Source of the DNA: Salinivirgaceae bacterium
GTDB taxonomy: Bacteria > Bacteroidota > Bacteroidia > Bacteroidales > SZUA-534
Assembly (NCBI GenBank): GCA_016284875.1
Contig: JAEEPS010000009.1
Coordinates: forward strand, 287 to 64,286
DNA length: 64,000 nt
Direction: 5' to 3'
The notes beneath the pieces were generated by a model. It saw only the letters and a program-made list of their open reading frames with translations, did no database searches and was not told the origin of the DNA. Position 1 is the stretch's first letter. Each line of letters starts with the position of its first letter. The position numbers were made by a program, and so were the translations under genes. Shown here in pieces: positions 17,363 through 27,884 of the stretch.

Positions 17363-19207
17363 CTATTTTTTGATGAATTTCAAGGCTGATGTGCCGCCAT
17401 TGTGATTGATTCTTACGATGTATATTCCTGACTGTAAGTTCGATACGTTTACATGGGTACCTTGTGCGCACAAAATGGTCTGCCCAACAGCGTTGCAGAT
17501 GGTCAACTGGCAGTTATCGTCGTCCAAACCGCTGATTGTCAGCCAGTCGCTGGCGGGGTTCGGATAAACCGACAGACTTATCTTGCTTTCAGTATCAGCA
17601 ATATCGGTGGTAATTGAACCGAAAATCGGACGCAACATAAGCGAGCCCGTGAAACTTGTCGGCAGCCAATTGCCCGTTGTGTTGTAGAATATCTTGCTTT
17701 GGCTGAAGCGGTTAACGTCCCAACCAACGTTCAGGCGCAGTTTCGATGTCTGCTGCCAACCAACAAAAACGCTCTTGTCCACTGTCAGTGGTTCGCTGAA
17801 TTCAAAGGTCATGAACTCGTTCATCTGGCCGCTGAACGCAGGGCGCATCATTTCGTCGCAGCGCAACTGTCGGCCAGGCTTGCCGTTGTTGTTTTCCCAC
17901 GCGCAGATGAAGAAGTTGTCGGCGGCGCTCTCAACGGGGTTCGACGGCAGGAAGCAGATGCTCAAACCAACCAGTTCGTCGGCCTTGTAAGGTGTGTAGA
18001 GATAAGCCACTTGCGACGATGCAGCATCCACGCCGTACGCGTTTTCGGCCGTGCCATCGTCGTAGGCGTAATAGTTGCCGAAATGCTGGTAGGTGTAACT
18101 GCGGTTGTTGCCGCGAATCAGTTCATCTTTATCAGTATAAAGTTCACATTCAAACAGATAAGTTGCGCTTTCGCGATTGTCGTACACAATCGGGTTATCA
18201 TCGTAGGCATATAGCCGATTATTGTTTTCTTGACCATCGTAATTGCCTGTGCCCATGGTGATTGAGTCCTTCAGATAGACGCCGCGGTCAACGTCTTTGA
18301 TGCGAATTCTGACTTCGGCCTTCATGGTGCGTTCCCAGTGGTTGCGGATGTGGATGTTGAGCCGCGTGTTTTCGGTGTTGATGGCCGACTCGTAGTGCGA
18401 CCACGGCACTGAAGTGTAGTTTTTCAGTACGGTTGCGGCTGGTTCAACAATTGCAATGTCGTAAAATACAGTGTCCGAAGCCGAACGGCCATCGTTCAGG
18501 TAGACAAAATCGATGTTCCAATGGTCGCAGTTGATGGTTGCCGACGGGTTGAAACTGCCCGCTAGACTTGCGTAGTTGAAGAAGCGGAACTGGAATTTAT
18601 CAGTAAAGTATTTCGATTGCCTGATTGGCAGCATCACGAGCGCAAATTCCAGAGTGTCAGGCCGATTGGGTTGCAAGTGCAGCACGTTTTTGCGGAACGT
18701 GGGAAGGTCGGTTCCTGCCATAGCCCAAAGGTTGGTCCACACGCCGTCGCCCGATGTTATTTGCAGCACAAGCGAGTCGCACTCTTCAGGCGCGTTGCCG
18801 TTGCCTTGTGGCTGATAGTAGAAACTCAAGTAGGTTGTTGTGCTGTCGGCTTTCGATAGGTCGATAGGTTGCGATGTCAGAAAATCAGCCAGATACGGTG
18901 TGCTTGACGCGTGCCCGTAGTGCAATCCGTCAGAGTCGATGGCATCAAACGTGGCCACACCCACCGAGTAAGGATTTATGCCGAACGTGTTGTTAATCCA
19001 CACGCCGCGGTCGGTCCAGAGTTGTTGGTCGGGTGCGTTGCTGTCGCTGCTGAAATCGTCAATAAAAGGCAGTTGCAGAGTCGACGAAACGCTTTGCAGC
19101 CTGACAGTTTGTTGGCGCACAGGCAGAGCGGGCGCAGTCAGAAACTCTTGCGCCGTCAGCGGCATTGCACCCAGAATGAGCGCGGCTATAGCAATGATTC
19201 TATTCAT
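17363..19207 (-). CDS. T9SS type A sorting domain-containing protein
   Basis: Signal peptide, LPFIDDFS, YYAYDDGTAE; C-terminal VYPNPAS...SGIYIVRI...KFIKK CTD. Confidence 0.85.
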   Translation of the reverse strand: MNRIIAIAALILGAMPLTAQEFLTAPALPVRQQTVRLQSVSSTLQLPFIDDFSSDSNAPDQQLWTDRGVWINNTFGINPYSVGVATFDAIDSDGLHYGHASSTPYLADFLTSQPIDLSKADSTTTYLSFYYQPQGNGNAPEECDSLVLQITSGDGVWTNLWAMAGTDLPTFRKNVLHLQPNRPDTLEFALVMLPIRQSKYFTDKFQFRFFNYASLAGSFNPSATINCDHWNIDFVYLNDGRSASDTVFYDIAIVEPAATVLKNYTSVPWSHYESAINTENTRLNIHIRNHWERTMKAEVRIRIKDVDRGVYLKDSITMGTGNYDGQENNNRLYAYDDNPIVYDNRESATYLFECELYTDKDELIRGNNRSYTYQHFGNYYAYDDGTAENAYGVDAASSQVAYLYTPYKADELVGLSICFLPSNPVESAADNFFICAWENNNGKPGRQLRCDEMMRPAFSGQMNEFMTFEFSEPLTVDKSVFVGWQQTSKLRLNVGWDVNRFSQSKIFYNTTGNWLPTSFTGSLMLRPIFGSITTDIADTESKISLSVYPNPASDWLTISGLDDDNCQLTICNAVGQTILCAQGTHVNVSNLQSGIYIVRINHNGGTSALKFIKK

Positions 19208-20036
19208 CCAGATTGATTGATTCACCAATTTCGGTTTCGGTTCGCGATTCAGCCCGCAGCCAAATGTCGACGCGGCCGCCCAGTGTGGCGCGTGCGCCTG
19301 ACCCGAAGTATGCAGGTTCCTGACGATAGACGCGTGCGTTCATTGAGTCGGCGGCAGTGGCAGCGTTCTCAATCACAACATTGCCCACGTTCAGGTATGC
19401 GTTGTTCAGTTCGTTGGTGGCTTCAAATTGAGTTAGCCCCTTGAGGTTGGGCAGGGGAGTGGCATTGTTGCCGTGGCCGTCGCCCAGCACAAGGTCGATG
19501 CGCGAGCCCTTGTCGATGCGTGTTCCTTCCGCAATCTCTTGTCCTTCAAACATTTGTTTCAAAATATTGTTTTGTGCGAAATCGGGCTTATAAATCAACT
19601 GTCCGACGTGCAGACCGTGCATCTCAAGCGTAGCCTTGCCCTGACGGTACGACAGTCCGACAATCTTCGGCACCGAAACCTTTGCTCTGTTAAACGCATT
19701 GGTGGTGATGAAAATTGTGCGGTTTCTTTTCACGTGCGTTCCAGGACGGGGGCTTTGGTCAACAATGCAGCCTTTCGGCATATAGTCGATAAATGTTGAA
19801 TCGATGATTTGCAGTTGAAGATTCTCATGTTTGGCAATCTGCAGCGCACGGCTCATTTTAAGACCTTTAAAATCAGGCACCGAAATTGTGTGTCCGTGAT
19901 GAGTGTAAACTCGCAGAAAAAATGCAAGTGCAATAAACACAATTAGATAGAATCCAGCAAACTTGCCCACGCGGATAAGATTGCGCTTCCAAAACGCACC
20001 ATCTTTCAGTTTTTCCAATAAATCCATAGTTTTCAC
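19200..20036 (-). CDS. PASTA-domain protein
   Basis: TM helix followed by three PASTA repeats (VPDFKG, VPKIVG, LPNLKG; DQSPRPG, RQEP). Start may be ATG 20027; TAACTTTG box at 20047-20054. Confidence 0.9.
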   Translation of the reverse strand: MKTMDLLEKLKDGAFWKRNLIRVGKFAGFYLIVFIALAFFLRVYTHHGHTISVPDFKGLKMSRALQIAKHENLQLQIIDSTFIDYMPKGCIVDQSPRPGTHVKRNRTIFITTNAFNRAKVSVPKIVGLSYRQGKATLEMHGLHVGQLIYKPDFAQNNILKQMFEGQEIAEGTRIDKGSRIDLVLGDGHGNNATPLPNLKGLTQFEATNELNNAYLNVGNVVIENAATAADSMNARVYRQEPAYFGSGARATLGGRVDIWLRAESRTETEIGESINLDE

Positions 20037-20285
20037 TTTGATTTGGCAAAGTTAAAATAATTTATGGCGTTGACATCGGAACGGACATAAAATGACGTCA
20101 CCGAATCTGACAATTGTATTTTTATAGTTTGTTATGGATAAAAATGAACAATTCGTACTCCGCAGAAAACGTGATGATTAATGTGCCGATGAATGAAACT
20201 GTTAATAAACTTTTTGCTCAAAATTTGAAATTTCAGTTTGCATTCTTACATATTTTATTATTTTCGCAGCGTTTTTGAAAAAAAC

Positions 20286-20933
20286 ATGAAGACAATAAGC
20301 CGTATAATTTGGTCCATCTTCCTTTCAATCAGTTTGTTGCTGCAAACTAATGTTCTTTTCGCAGGAGATGCGGATAAAGATGCCGAGTGGGTTCTTGTAA
20401 CCGAAGATACTGATACCGATATTAAAGTGTTTGAACGTTGGATATCGGTTGAGAAAAATCGTGCTCGTGAACGTCAAGGCAAGATGGTGCTGAACTGCAA
20501 GCCCGATGATTTGTTGGCAGTTATTGTTGATCCTAATAAAACTGATATTTGGATGAGCAATGTTGAGGAATGCCGCATAGTTAGGCGTCTGAATAGCAAC
20601 GAATGGTTTGTTTATACGTTAATGGATGCTCCCTGGCCTATTGGCAAACAGGATATTGTGTCGAAATATACCGTGACTCGTTCTGCCGATCGCATTTTAG
20701 TCAGCATCGACCAGCAAACTGATCTGATCCCGAAAAAGAAAGATATTGAAAGGCTTGATACTTTCAGCGCTAGATGGGAGATTGTGCCAGTGAGCGAGAA
20801 TACCGTAAGTGTGAATTTCACAACTCAGTCAACTCAGCCGGCCAAATATCCTCAATGGGCGCAGGACCCGATAGTGCGCAAAACTTTCCTGAATAATATG
20901 CGCAAACTTCGCCGTCATATCAACAAAGGTTGA
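20286..20933 (+). CDS. Secreted START-domain (lipid-binding) protein
   Basis: Signal peptide from MKTISR; W..V...IKVF, W+MSNV, DAPWPIGKQD, WEIVP motifs of bacterial START proteins. Confidence 0.75.
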   Translation: MKTISRIIWSIFLSISLLLQTNVLFAGDADKDAEWVLVTEDTDTDIKVFERWISVEKNRARERQGKMVLNCKPDDLLAVIVDPNKTDIWMSNVEECRIVRRLNSNEWFVYTLMDAPWPIGKQDIVSKYTVTRSADRILVSIDQQTDLIPKKKDIERLDTFSARWEIVPVSENTVSVNFTTQSTQPAKYPQWAQDPIVRKTFLNNMRKLRRHINKG

Positions 20934-21122
20934 GGCGTTCGGCAGGGAATTTTGGCTTCTAAATCTCTGTTTTTTTACGTAGTTGAATTTTGTTCGGCTT
21001 AAAGCGTAATTGTTGTCCTCTATACGCTTAATGCAATTTTTTTTGTGAATTTATAGTACTAAACAGATAGTCTAGTTTGTTTTTTACTATATTTGAGCGT
21101 TTAAACAATTAACTGTTATATT

Positions 21123-24100
21123 ATGAAACAACTAAAACACTGCGCGGCTATTGCCGCAACTCTGCTATTTTGTGCTCATACCAACGCACAAATTGTGATT
21201 AACGAGTACAGTTCGTCAACATCCACATTCTTAGATGAATACAAAGAGGAATCGGATTGGATTGAACTCTTCAACACCTCGTCGGCCGAAGTCGACATGA
21301 AAGGCTGGCATTTGTCAGACGATGAGGCGAATCCCGCTAAATGGACATTCCCTTCTGTGAAAATTCCAGCCGGTGGTTTCTTGCTTGTAATGGCATCGGG
21401 CAAAGACCTTGTCACGGTTACAGACAGCAGTTATCTGCACACCAATTTTAATATTTCGTCGGACGGTGAGGCTGTTTTCCTTGCAGATACTGCTGGGAAA
21501 ATCGTGCATCAGACTGACACACTGCCGGTTCCGTGTAATGCTAGCCGTGGTCTGGCGTCTGACAGCACCGGAGGCTGGGTATTCTTTGCTGAGCCAACGC
21601 CAGGCAAAGCCAACACCACCAAGGCTTATGCCTCATCGGCAACCACAAGTGTGAAATTCTCGCCTGAGGGCGGATTTCAGTCAGCGGCATTGACTGTGAC
21701 TCTCTCTACCGAGGGTAATACACCTATTTATTATACACTTGATTGCACCGAGCCGACGGCTTGCGACAGTCTGCTTTACACCGGCCCAATATCGGTTGAC
21801 AGTACCACTGTCATACGCGCCATGACCTTCAATGGCGATTTGATGCCTGGCCAGCCGTCAACGCAATCCTACATTTTCCCGAGCAGACTGCATTGGCTTT
21901 ATCGACAATTGGAAACAGGTGAGGTTATTACGGAGCGCCATGTATATTTCATTGACGATAGCGTGGATATCGACGCGCTTATTGAGCATCTCAATAATGG
22001 TGGCGATATCCTCGATTTTGCCCGCGATTCGGTTATGGCTTACAATCCGCATATCGTTCAAGAGCATCCTTCGAAGTTCGATTTGCCAGTGGTTTCACTC
22101 ACTACTGCGCCAATTAATCTTTGGGACTCTTTAACTGGTATTTATGTTTTTGGCCCCAACGCCACCTACGTGGAGCCATACTACGGCGCCAATTTCCATC
22201 AGGATTGGGAGCGACCAGTTCACGTTGAACTTTATTGGACTGATGGTTCTAAACGACTGGACCAGGATGCAGGTATAAAAATTGCCGGTGCATGGAGTCG
22301 AAGCAACAGCCAAAAATCGTTTGCTCTGCACGCCCGTAATGCCTACGGAAAGAAATATTTTGAGACAAAATTGTTCGATGAACTCGATATTGAGAGGTTC
22401 AAGTCGTTTGTGTTGCGCGATTCGGGTAACGACGCTGGCAGTACCTTTTTCCGTGATGCTATGATTACGCATCTTGTGGCGCATAATAATGTTGATATCC
22501 AGGCATATCAGCCTGCTGTTGTCTATCTGAACGGCGAATACTGGGGCATTTTGAACATGCGTGAGAAGTTGAATGAATACTACATCGAGAGCCACTATCC
22601 GCATGTCGATCACGACAAGGTTGATATTCTAGCAGGGAAAGGTGAAGGAATAACGGCATCGGAAGGCGATTTGACAGACTACGACGCTTTGATGAACTTT
22701 ATCAATTCTCACGACTTGACCGATGACGCCAACTACCAGCAGGTGGCTGCACAAATTGATGTTGATGAGTACATTGAGTATCTTGTTACTGAAATATATG
22801 GCGGAAACGATGACTGGCCGCACAACAACGTGAAAATGTGGAAATCGAAAAAGAATGGTGGACGTTGGCGTTGGATGCTTTACGATACCGACCAGTCGTA
22901 CAATATTTGGGAACGCGATGAGGACCTCCCAGGTTACGACAAGTTGGAAAAATGCTTGTCTGAGACAGGCAAAAACGGTGATACATGGTCGAATGTTTTG
23001 CTGCGCAACTTGGTGAAAAACAAAACTTTCCGCAACAAACTTACCAACCGATTTGCCGACCGTATGAATTACGAATTTCTGCCGGCAAACATCAATCATT
23101 TGATTGACAGTCTTTATGGTAACATAAAAAGCGAAATGCAGTATCACACATATATCTGGGGCGGTGGCAGCGAAAGCAACAGTAATCGAATGAAAGATTT
23201 CGCAAGATTACGTCCATCCAATATGCGGAAACATTTGCGCAAGCACTTCAATGTGGGCGAAGATGTGATGCTAACTCTCGACGCCAATGACAGCAAGGCT
23301 GGTTACATTGAACTCAACTCGCTGACATTGAAAAAGTTCCCATGGGATGGGTTCTATTTCAAGAATGTTCCTGTTGAATTGCGTGCAGTTGCGCGACCGG
23401 GTTATAAATTTGTGCGTTGGGAGAATAGCGAAAACAAGGCAACCATAAGTACCAGCGCTGGTATTGCTCTCACTTTGAGCAGTGAAGCCTCGATTAACGC
23501 TGTTTTTGAACCTGATGGTAGTGCTGTGCATAACAGCGTGGTTATAAATGAGATAAATTGTAAATCGGCTGACGATTTTGACACAAAAGATTGGATTGAA
23601 CTTTTCAATACCACTCCGGCGGCAATCAATCTTTCGGGTTGGAAAATATGCGATGAAAAGCCTGAAAAAGCCTTCACCTTCCCAGCAGGAACAATTATCG
23701 AGCCTTACGGTTATCTGGTGGTTTGCGAGAATCAGAACAAGCTTATAAAGTACAACCCGAAAGTGACCAACTATGTGGGTGATTTCAAATTTGGTTTAGG
23801 CAAAGATGATAAAGTGCAACTCTTTGATTCAGAGGGTAAACTTATCGATGAGGTTACATATTCTAAATCGTGGGGCGAGGCTAATGGTACTGGCAAAACA
23901 CTTGCTCTGACCGACCCGTTTGCCGATAATTCAATTGCTAAATATTGGAATGACAACGACATGCATGGCACGCCAGGCGCACAAAACGGCTTGTTTAAGC
24001 CATCGCACGAATTGAGCAATCCGAACGAAACAGTCAATTTTGTTTATACTCCAGAACCGCCTACTCCTAGTGTTGACATTGCGGATTTCCAAGAGGTTAG

Positions 24101-24362
24101 TTTGTCTGCAGTTTGCTATCCGAACCCAGTGGTTAGCGATGCTGTAATCTCGTGGTCGCAGCCTGCTGACGCCAACGTGCGGATTGAGTTGCTCAATGCT
24201 TTTGGCAGCAGTTTGGCGCAAATTTGCAACGGTTGGTATGCTCAGGGCCGCCACGACATCAACATTGGTAACTTTGTTAGCAACTTGACATCAGGAGTTT
24301 ATCTGGCCAAGGTATCAGTTGATGGCCAGAATCCGATAATCTTGAAGATTATGAAACAATAG
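21123..24362 (+). CDS. CotH kinase family protein 1 (LTD-FN3-like-CotH-LTD-T9SS CTD)
   Basis: IVINE...DWIELFN lamin-tail domains, IYYTLDC.EPT, LRDSGND, NGEYWG, NDDWPHNN, WRWMLYDTD; CYPNP CTD; TATATTTG at 21088-21095. Confidence 0.9.
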   Translation: MKQLKHCAAIAATLLFCAHTNAQIVINEYSSSTSTFLDEYKEESDWIELFNTSSAEVDMKGWHLSDDEANPAKWTFPSVKIPAGGFLLVMASGKDLVTVTDSSYLHTNFNISSDGEAVFLADTAGKIVHQTDTLPVPCNASRGLASDSTGGWVFFAEPTPGKANTTKAYASSATTSVKFSPEGGFQSAALTVTLSTEGNTPIYYTLDCTEPTACDSLLYTGPISVDSTTVIRAMTFNGDLMPGQPSTQSYIFPSRLHWLYRQLETGEVITERHVYFIDDSVDIDALIEHLNNGGDILDFARDSVMAYNPHIVQEHPSKFDLPVVSLTTAPINLWDSLTGIYVFGPNATYVEPYYGANFHQDWERPVHVELYWTDGSKRLDQDAGIKIAGAWSRSNSQKSFALHARNAYGKKYFETKLFDELDIERFKSFVLRDSGNDAGSTFFRDAMITHLVAHNNVDIQAYQPAVVYLNGEYWGILNMREKLNEYYIESHYPHVDHDKVDILAGKGEGITASEGDLTDYDALMNFINSHDLTDDANYQQVAAQIDVDEYIEYLVTEIYGGNDDWPHNNVKMWKSKKNGGRWRWMLYDTDQSYNIWERDEDLPGYDKLEKCLSETGKNGDTWSNVLLRNLVKNKTFRNKLTNRFADRMNYEFLPANINHLIDSLYGNIKSEMQYHTYIWGGGSESNSNRMKDFARLRPSNMRKHLRKHFNVGEDVMLTLDANDSKAGYIELNSLTLKKFPWDGFYFKNVPVELRAVARPGYKFVRWENSENKATISTSAGIALTLSSEASINAVFEPDGSAVHNSVVINEINCKSADDFDTKDWIELFNTTPAAINLSGWKICDEKPEKAFTFPAGTIIEPYGYLVVCENQNKLIKYNPKVTNYVGDFKFGLGKDDKVQLFDSEGKLIDEVTYSKSWGEANGTGKTLALTDPFADNSIAKYWNDNDMHGTPGAQNGLFKPSHELSNPNETVNFVYTPEPPTPSVDIADFQEVSLSAVCYPNPVVSDAVISWSQPADANVRIELLNAFGSSLAQICNGWYAQGRHDINIGNFVSNLTSGVYLAKVSVDGQNPIILKIMKQ

Positions 24363-24382
24363 ATTTCATAATTGTGATTCTT

Positions 24383-24417
24383 AAAAACGGTGGTTCGTAA
24401 TCGGACCGCCGTTTTTT
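24383..24417 (+). terminator. Intrinsic terminator
   Basis: aaaaacggtggttcg-taat-cggaccgccgtttttt hairpin. Confidence 0.85.
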
Positions 24418-24551
24418 GTTTGGAAATGGATGGTGAGGAGCGGCCATTGGTAGCCGAAAAAGGTTTTTCTGTATAAAAAAACTTCCGTTTTGTTTTAGTT
24501 TGTCTACTTTTGGCCGTTTTTTAACGCACGTAGGTGCAAAAAGAATTTTAT

Positions 24552-27500
24552 ATGAATAGAAATTTGAAATTTTGCGTGGCTGTTGCCGCGACATTACTTT
24601 TTGGTGTTCAGACAGATGCGCAGGTGGTGATCAATGAATATTGCTCAACAACCACCATCCATCAGGATGAAGATAAGGCCAATTCCGACTGGATTGAACT
24701 TTACAACACTACCGACGAGGCCGTCAGTCTTAAAGGCTGGCATCTTTCCGACAAGTCAGGCAATCTCACCAAATGGACATTCCCCGATGTTAGTTTGCAG
24801 CCGAAAGCGTTTATGGTTGTTTATGCTTCGGGCAAGGACCGTGCGGTGGCCGGCAAGCCGCTTCACACAAATTTTAATATGTCGAGTGATGGCGAAACAA
24901 TCTACTTGTCGGATGCCAACGGGAACCTCATCCACAAGACCGATAGCATTTCAATGCCGTGCAACGCGAGTCGCGGCCTCTTCCCCGATGGCAGCGACAA
25001 ATGGTTCTTTTTTGCTGAACCGACACCCGATTCGGCCAATACAACAAAAACATATGCTACATCAAAAACAAGCACGGTAGATATTGAACCGAGGGGCGGA
25101 GTGTTCACATCGGCGGTTACTGTTACGTTGAAATCGGGCGGCAACACCCCCATTTATTATACACTCGACTGCACGGTGCCAACCGCTGCCGACAGCCTGC
25201 TTTATACAGGTCCGATAACAATTGACTCGACAACAGTTGTTCGCGCCATCACTTTCGATGACAATCTGATGCCCGCGCAGCCGACAACTCAATCGTACAT
25301 TTTCGGCAGCCGCTTGCGCTGGGTGAACCGCAATATGCATGATGGTGCACCAATTACCACCGATACCAGATGGGTGTCTGACAACGATGGTGGAGGCGGC
25401 GGCTGGGGCGGCTGGGGTGGTTGGGGCGGCCACAACGAGACCGTCACAGTTGATCCGATCAAGTATATTAATAATCACGATGCTAAATTCGATTTGCCTG
25501 TTGTCTCGCTTACAATGGAGCCGGATGACTTGTGGGATTATAATACAGGCTTGTATGTGGAAGGTCCAAATGCTGATTTGAACGCATCGCCACGTCGTGC
25601 CAACTATTATAACGATTGGGAAAAACCAGTTCACATTGAGTTATATTGGACTGATGGCAGTTTGGTCCTTTGTCAGGATGCCGGAGTGCAGATTTCGGGC
25701 GCCTATAGCCGCATGAATGATCAGAAATCGATGGCAATGCATGCTCGCAAGGCCTACGGAACCAAATATTTCAATGCAAAACTCTTCGACGAACTTGAAT
25801 TGTTCAGATTCAAATCGTTCACCTTGCGCGATTCGGGCAACGATTTTGGAGGAACTCATTTCCGTGATGCCATGATTACCCATTTGGTGGCAGGTAATAA
25901 TATTGATATTCAGGCCTATCAGCCTGCTGTTGTATTCCTTAATGGTGAGTATTGGGGCATTCTGAACTTGCGCGAGAAACTGAACGAGGATTATATTGAA
26001 AACCACTATCCGTATGTGAGTGCCGACGATGTCGACCTTATGGCTGCAAGCGATGTTACCCAAACAATTTCACCGTCGGAAGGTGATGGTAAAGATTACG
26101 ATGCACTGATAAGTTACATTGAATCAAACGATTTGGCAAAAGACGAGTGCTACCAGTATGTATGCTCGCTTGTCGATATTGATGAGTATATAGAGTACAT
26201 GGTATCGGAAATTTACGCATCAAACAACGACTGGCCGCACAACAATGTCAAGATTTGGAAGTCGACCAAGCGCGGCAGCCGCTGGCGTTGGTTCCTTTAC
26301 GATACAGACCAATGCTACTCAATTTGGCGCGACCAGTCAGGTGACGACAAGTTGGGAACATGTCTTGAAGAACGAGATACTCACGGCAATACGTGGGCAA
26401 ATGTCCTGTTCCGCAATCTGACAAAGAATGAGAAATTCCGCAATGCTCTTGCCAACCGCTTTGCCGACCGCATGAACAACGAGTTTTTGCCGAAAAATGT
26501 CAATCATCTTATTGATAGTCTGTTTAATAATATTTCAAGTGAAATCGGCTACCACAACCAGCGTTGGGGCAAAAACACCAACAATGGTCAGGGAATGAAG
26601 GATTTTGCCAAAAATCGTCCGAAGAATGTTCGTAATCACTTGCGTACCCATTTCAATGTTGGCGCTGATGCAAAAGTTACCCTTTACACTAACGATGAAA
26701 AGGCTGGTTATGTACAACTTAATTCGCTTACATTGAAGAGTTTCCCTTGGAATGGAACTTATTTCAAAAATGTGCCAATTTCGATTCGCGCTATAGCACG
26801 TCCGGGTTACAAATTTGTGCGTTGGGAGGATGCCAATAAGGCCGTGAACACTCATGCCGGCATCAGCGTGAAACTCGCCGGTACAGAATCGTACACCGCA
26901 ATCTTCGAGGAAGATAATGCGAACTATAACAGTGTGGTAATAAATGAAATAAACTTCAAATCGTCGAACGATTACGATACAAAAGACTGGATTGAACTTT
27001 ACAACACAACCGCAGCCGCAATCGATATCTCGAACTGGGTTATTTCAGATGATAAACAGGAAGATGCCTTCAAGATTCCGGGCGGCACAATCATTCCTCC
27101 TTATGGATATGTAGTTGTTTGTGAAAGTTTGAGCAAAATGCTGAAGTATAATCCGAATCTTGTGAACGCTGTTGGCGATTTTCAGTTCGGTTTGAGCAAG
27201 GCCGATTTAGTGCGTCTGAAGGATTCTGAAGGAAATCTGATTGACGAACTTGAATATGATGCCAGCAAAAACTGGCCTGACGGTAATGGCAATGGCTACA
27301 CCATGGCGCTTGTTGACCCGTTTGCCGACAACGAAAAGCCGATGGCTTGGGGCGAAGATGAAATGTATGGAACTCCAGGAAGCCAAAACGGAATTTTCAC
27401 ACCATCGCATATCGATTTCTCAATTGGTGACGATAGTTTCAATGTGGTTATGAACGTGAACGAGGAACCTGCAGTTGAGGTATATGCAATGTGTTATCCA

Positions 27501-27740
27501 AACCCATTCGACAACAATGCAGCCATTGTTTGGGAGCAGACAGCCGATGCAGCAGTTCTTGTTGAGTTGTTCGCTGCTAGCGGTCAGAAATTGGCAACAT
27601 TGGCCGACGGGCAGTTTGAGGCAGGTCAGCATTCTGTCGATGTCGACACTAAAGTCGCCAATTTGGCAACCGGATTGTATTTTGCCAAAGTAACCATTGT
27701 CGGACAAAAGCCGGTCATTATCAAAATGATGAAGCAGTAA
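24552..27740 (+). CDS. CotH kinase family protein 2 (LTD-FN3-like-CotH-LTD-T9SS CTD)
   Basis: Same architecture as paralogue 1; NNDWPHNN, WRWFLYDTD; start MNRNLK; TACTTTTG at 24505-24512. Confidence 0.9.
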   Translation: MNRNLKFCVAVAATLLFGVQTDAQVVINEYCSTTTIHQDEDKANSDWIELYNTTDEAVSLKGWHLSDKSGNLTKWTFPDVSLQPKAFMVVYASGKDRAVAGKPLHTNFNMSSDGETIYLSDANGNLIHKTDSISMPCNASRGLFPDGSDKWFFFAEPTPDSANTTKTYATSKTSTVDIEPRGGVFTSAVTVTLKSGGNTPIYYTLDCTVPTAADSLLYTGPITIDSTTVVRAITFDDNLMPAQPTTQSYIFGSRLRWVNRNMHDGAPITTDTRWVSDNDGGGGGWGGWGGWGGHNETVTVDPIKYINNHDAKFDLPVVSLTMEPDDLWDYNTGLYVEGPNADLNASPRRANYYNDWEKPVHIELYWTDGSLVLCQDAGVQISGAYSRMNDQKSMAMHARKAYGTKYFNAKLFDELELFRFKSFTLRDSGNDFGGTHFRDAMITHLVAGNNIDIQAYQPAVVFLNGEYWGILNLREKLNEDYIENHYPYVSADDVDLMAASDVTQTISPSEGDGKDYDALISYIESNDLAKDECYQYVCSLVDIDEYIEYMVSEIYASNNDWPHNNVKIWKSTKRGSRWRWFLYDTDQCYSIWRDQSGDDKLGTCLEERDTHGNTWANVLFRNLTKNEKFRNALANRFADRMNNEFLPKNVNHLIDSLFNNISSEIGYHNQRWGKNTNNGQGMKDFAKNRPKNVRNHLRTHFNVGADAKVTLYTNDEKAGYVQLNSLTLKSFPWNGTYFKNVPISIRAIARPGYKFVRWEDANKAVNTHAGISVKLAGTESYTAIFEEDNANYNSVVINEINFKSSNDYDTKDWIELYNTTAAAIDISNWVISDDKQEDAFKIPGGTIIPPYGYVVVCESLSKMLKYNPNLVNAVGDFQFGLSKADLVRLKDSEGNLIDELEYDASKNWPDGNGNGYTMALVDPFADNEKPMAWGEDEMYGTPGSQNGIFTPSHIDFSIGDDSFNVVMNVNEEPAVEVYAMCYPNPFDNNAAIVWEQTADAAVLVELFAASGQKLATLADGQFEAGQHSVDVDTKVANLATGLYFAKVTIVGQKPVIIKMMKQ

Positions 27741-27760
27741 ACTGATTTTCTATTTCACAT

Positions 27761-27794
27761 AAGCGGCAGTCGGGTAGGCTGCCGTTTTTTTTTT
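27761..27794 (+). terminator. Intrinsic terminator
   Basis: aagcggcagtc-gggta-ggctgccgttttttttt hairpin with long T tract. Confidence 0.85.
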
Positions 27795-27884
27795 GACAAT
27801 TGCAGTGTAAAATTCCACTTTTTTCGTCGATTTATGCGAATAGCAATCGGTTGCAATCGCTATTTTTGCCGCAGAATTGTTGTT

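Noticed and set aside
17358-17471. N-terminal extension of RluD in the ORF track
   Set aside because: It overlaps the CTD of the upstream T9SS gene; ATG 17357 is the plausible start.
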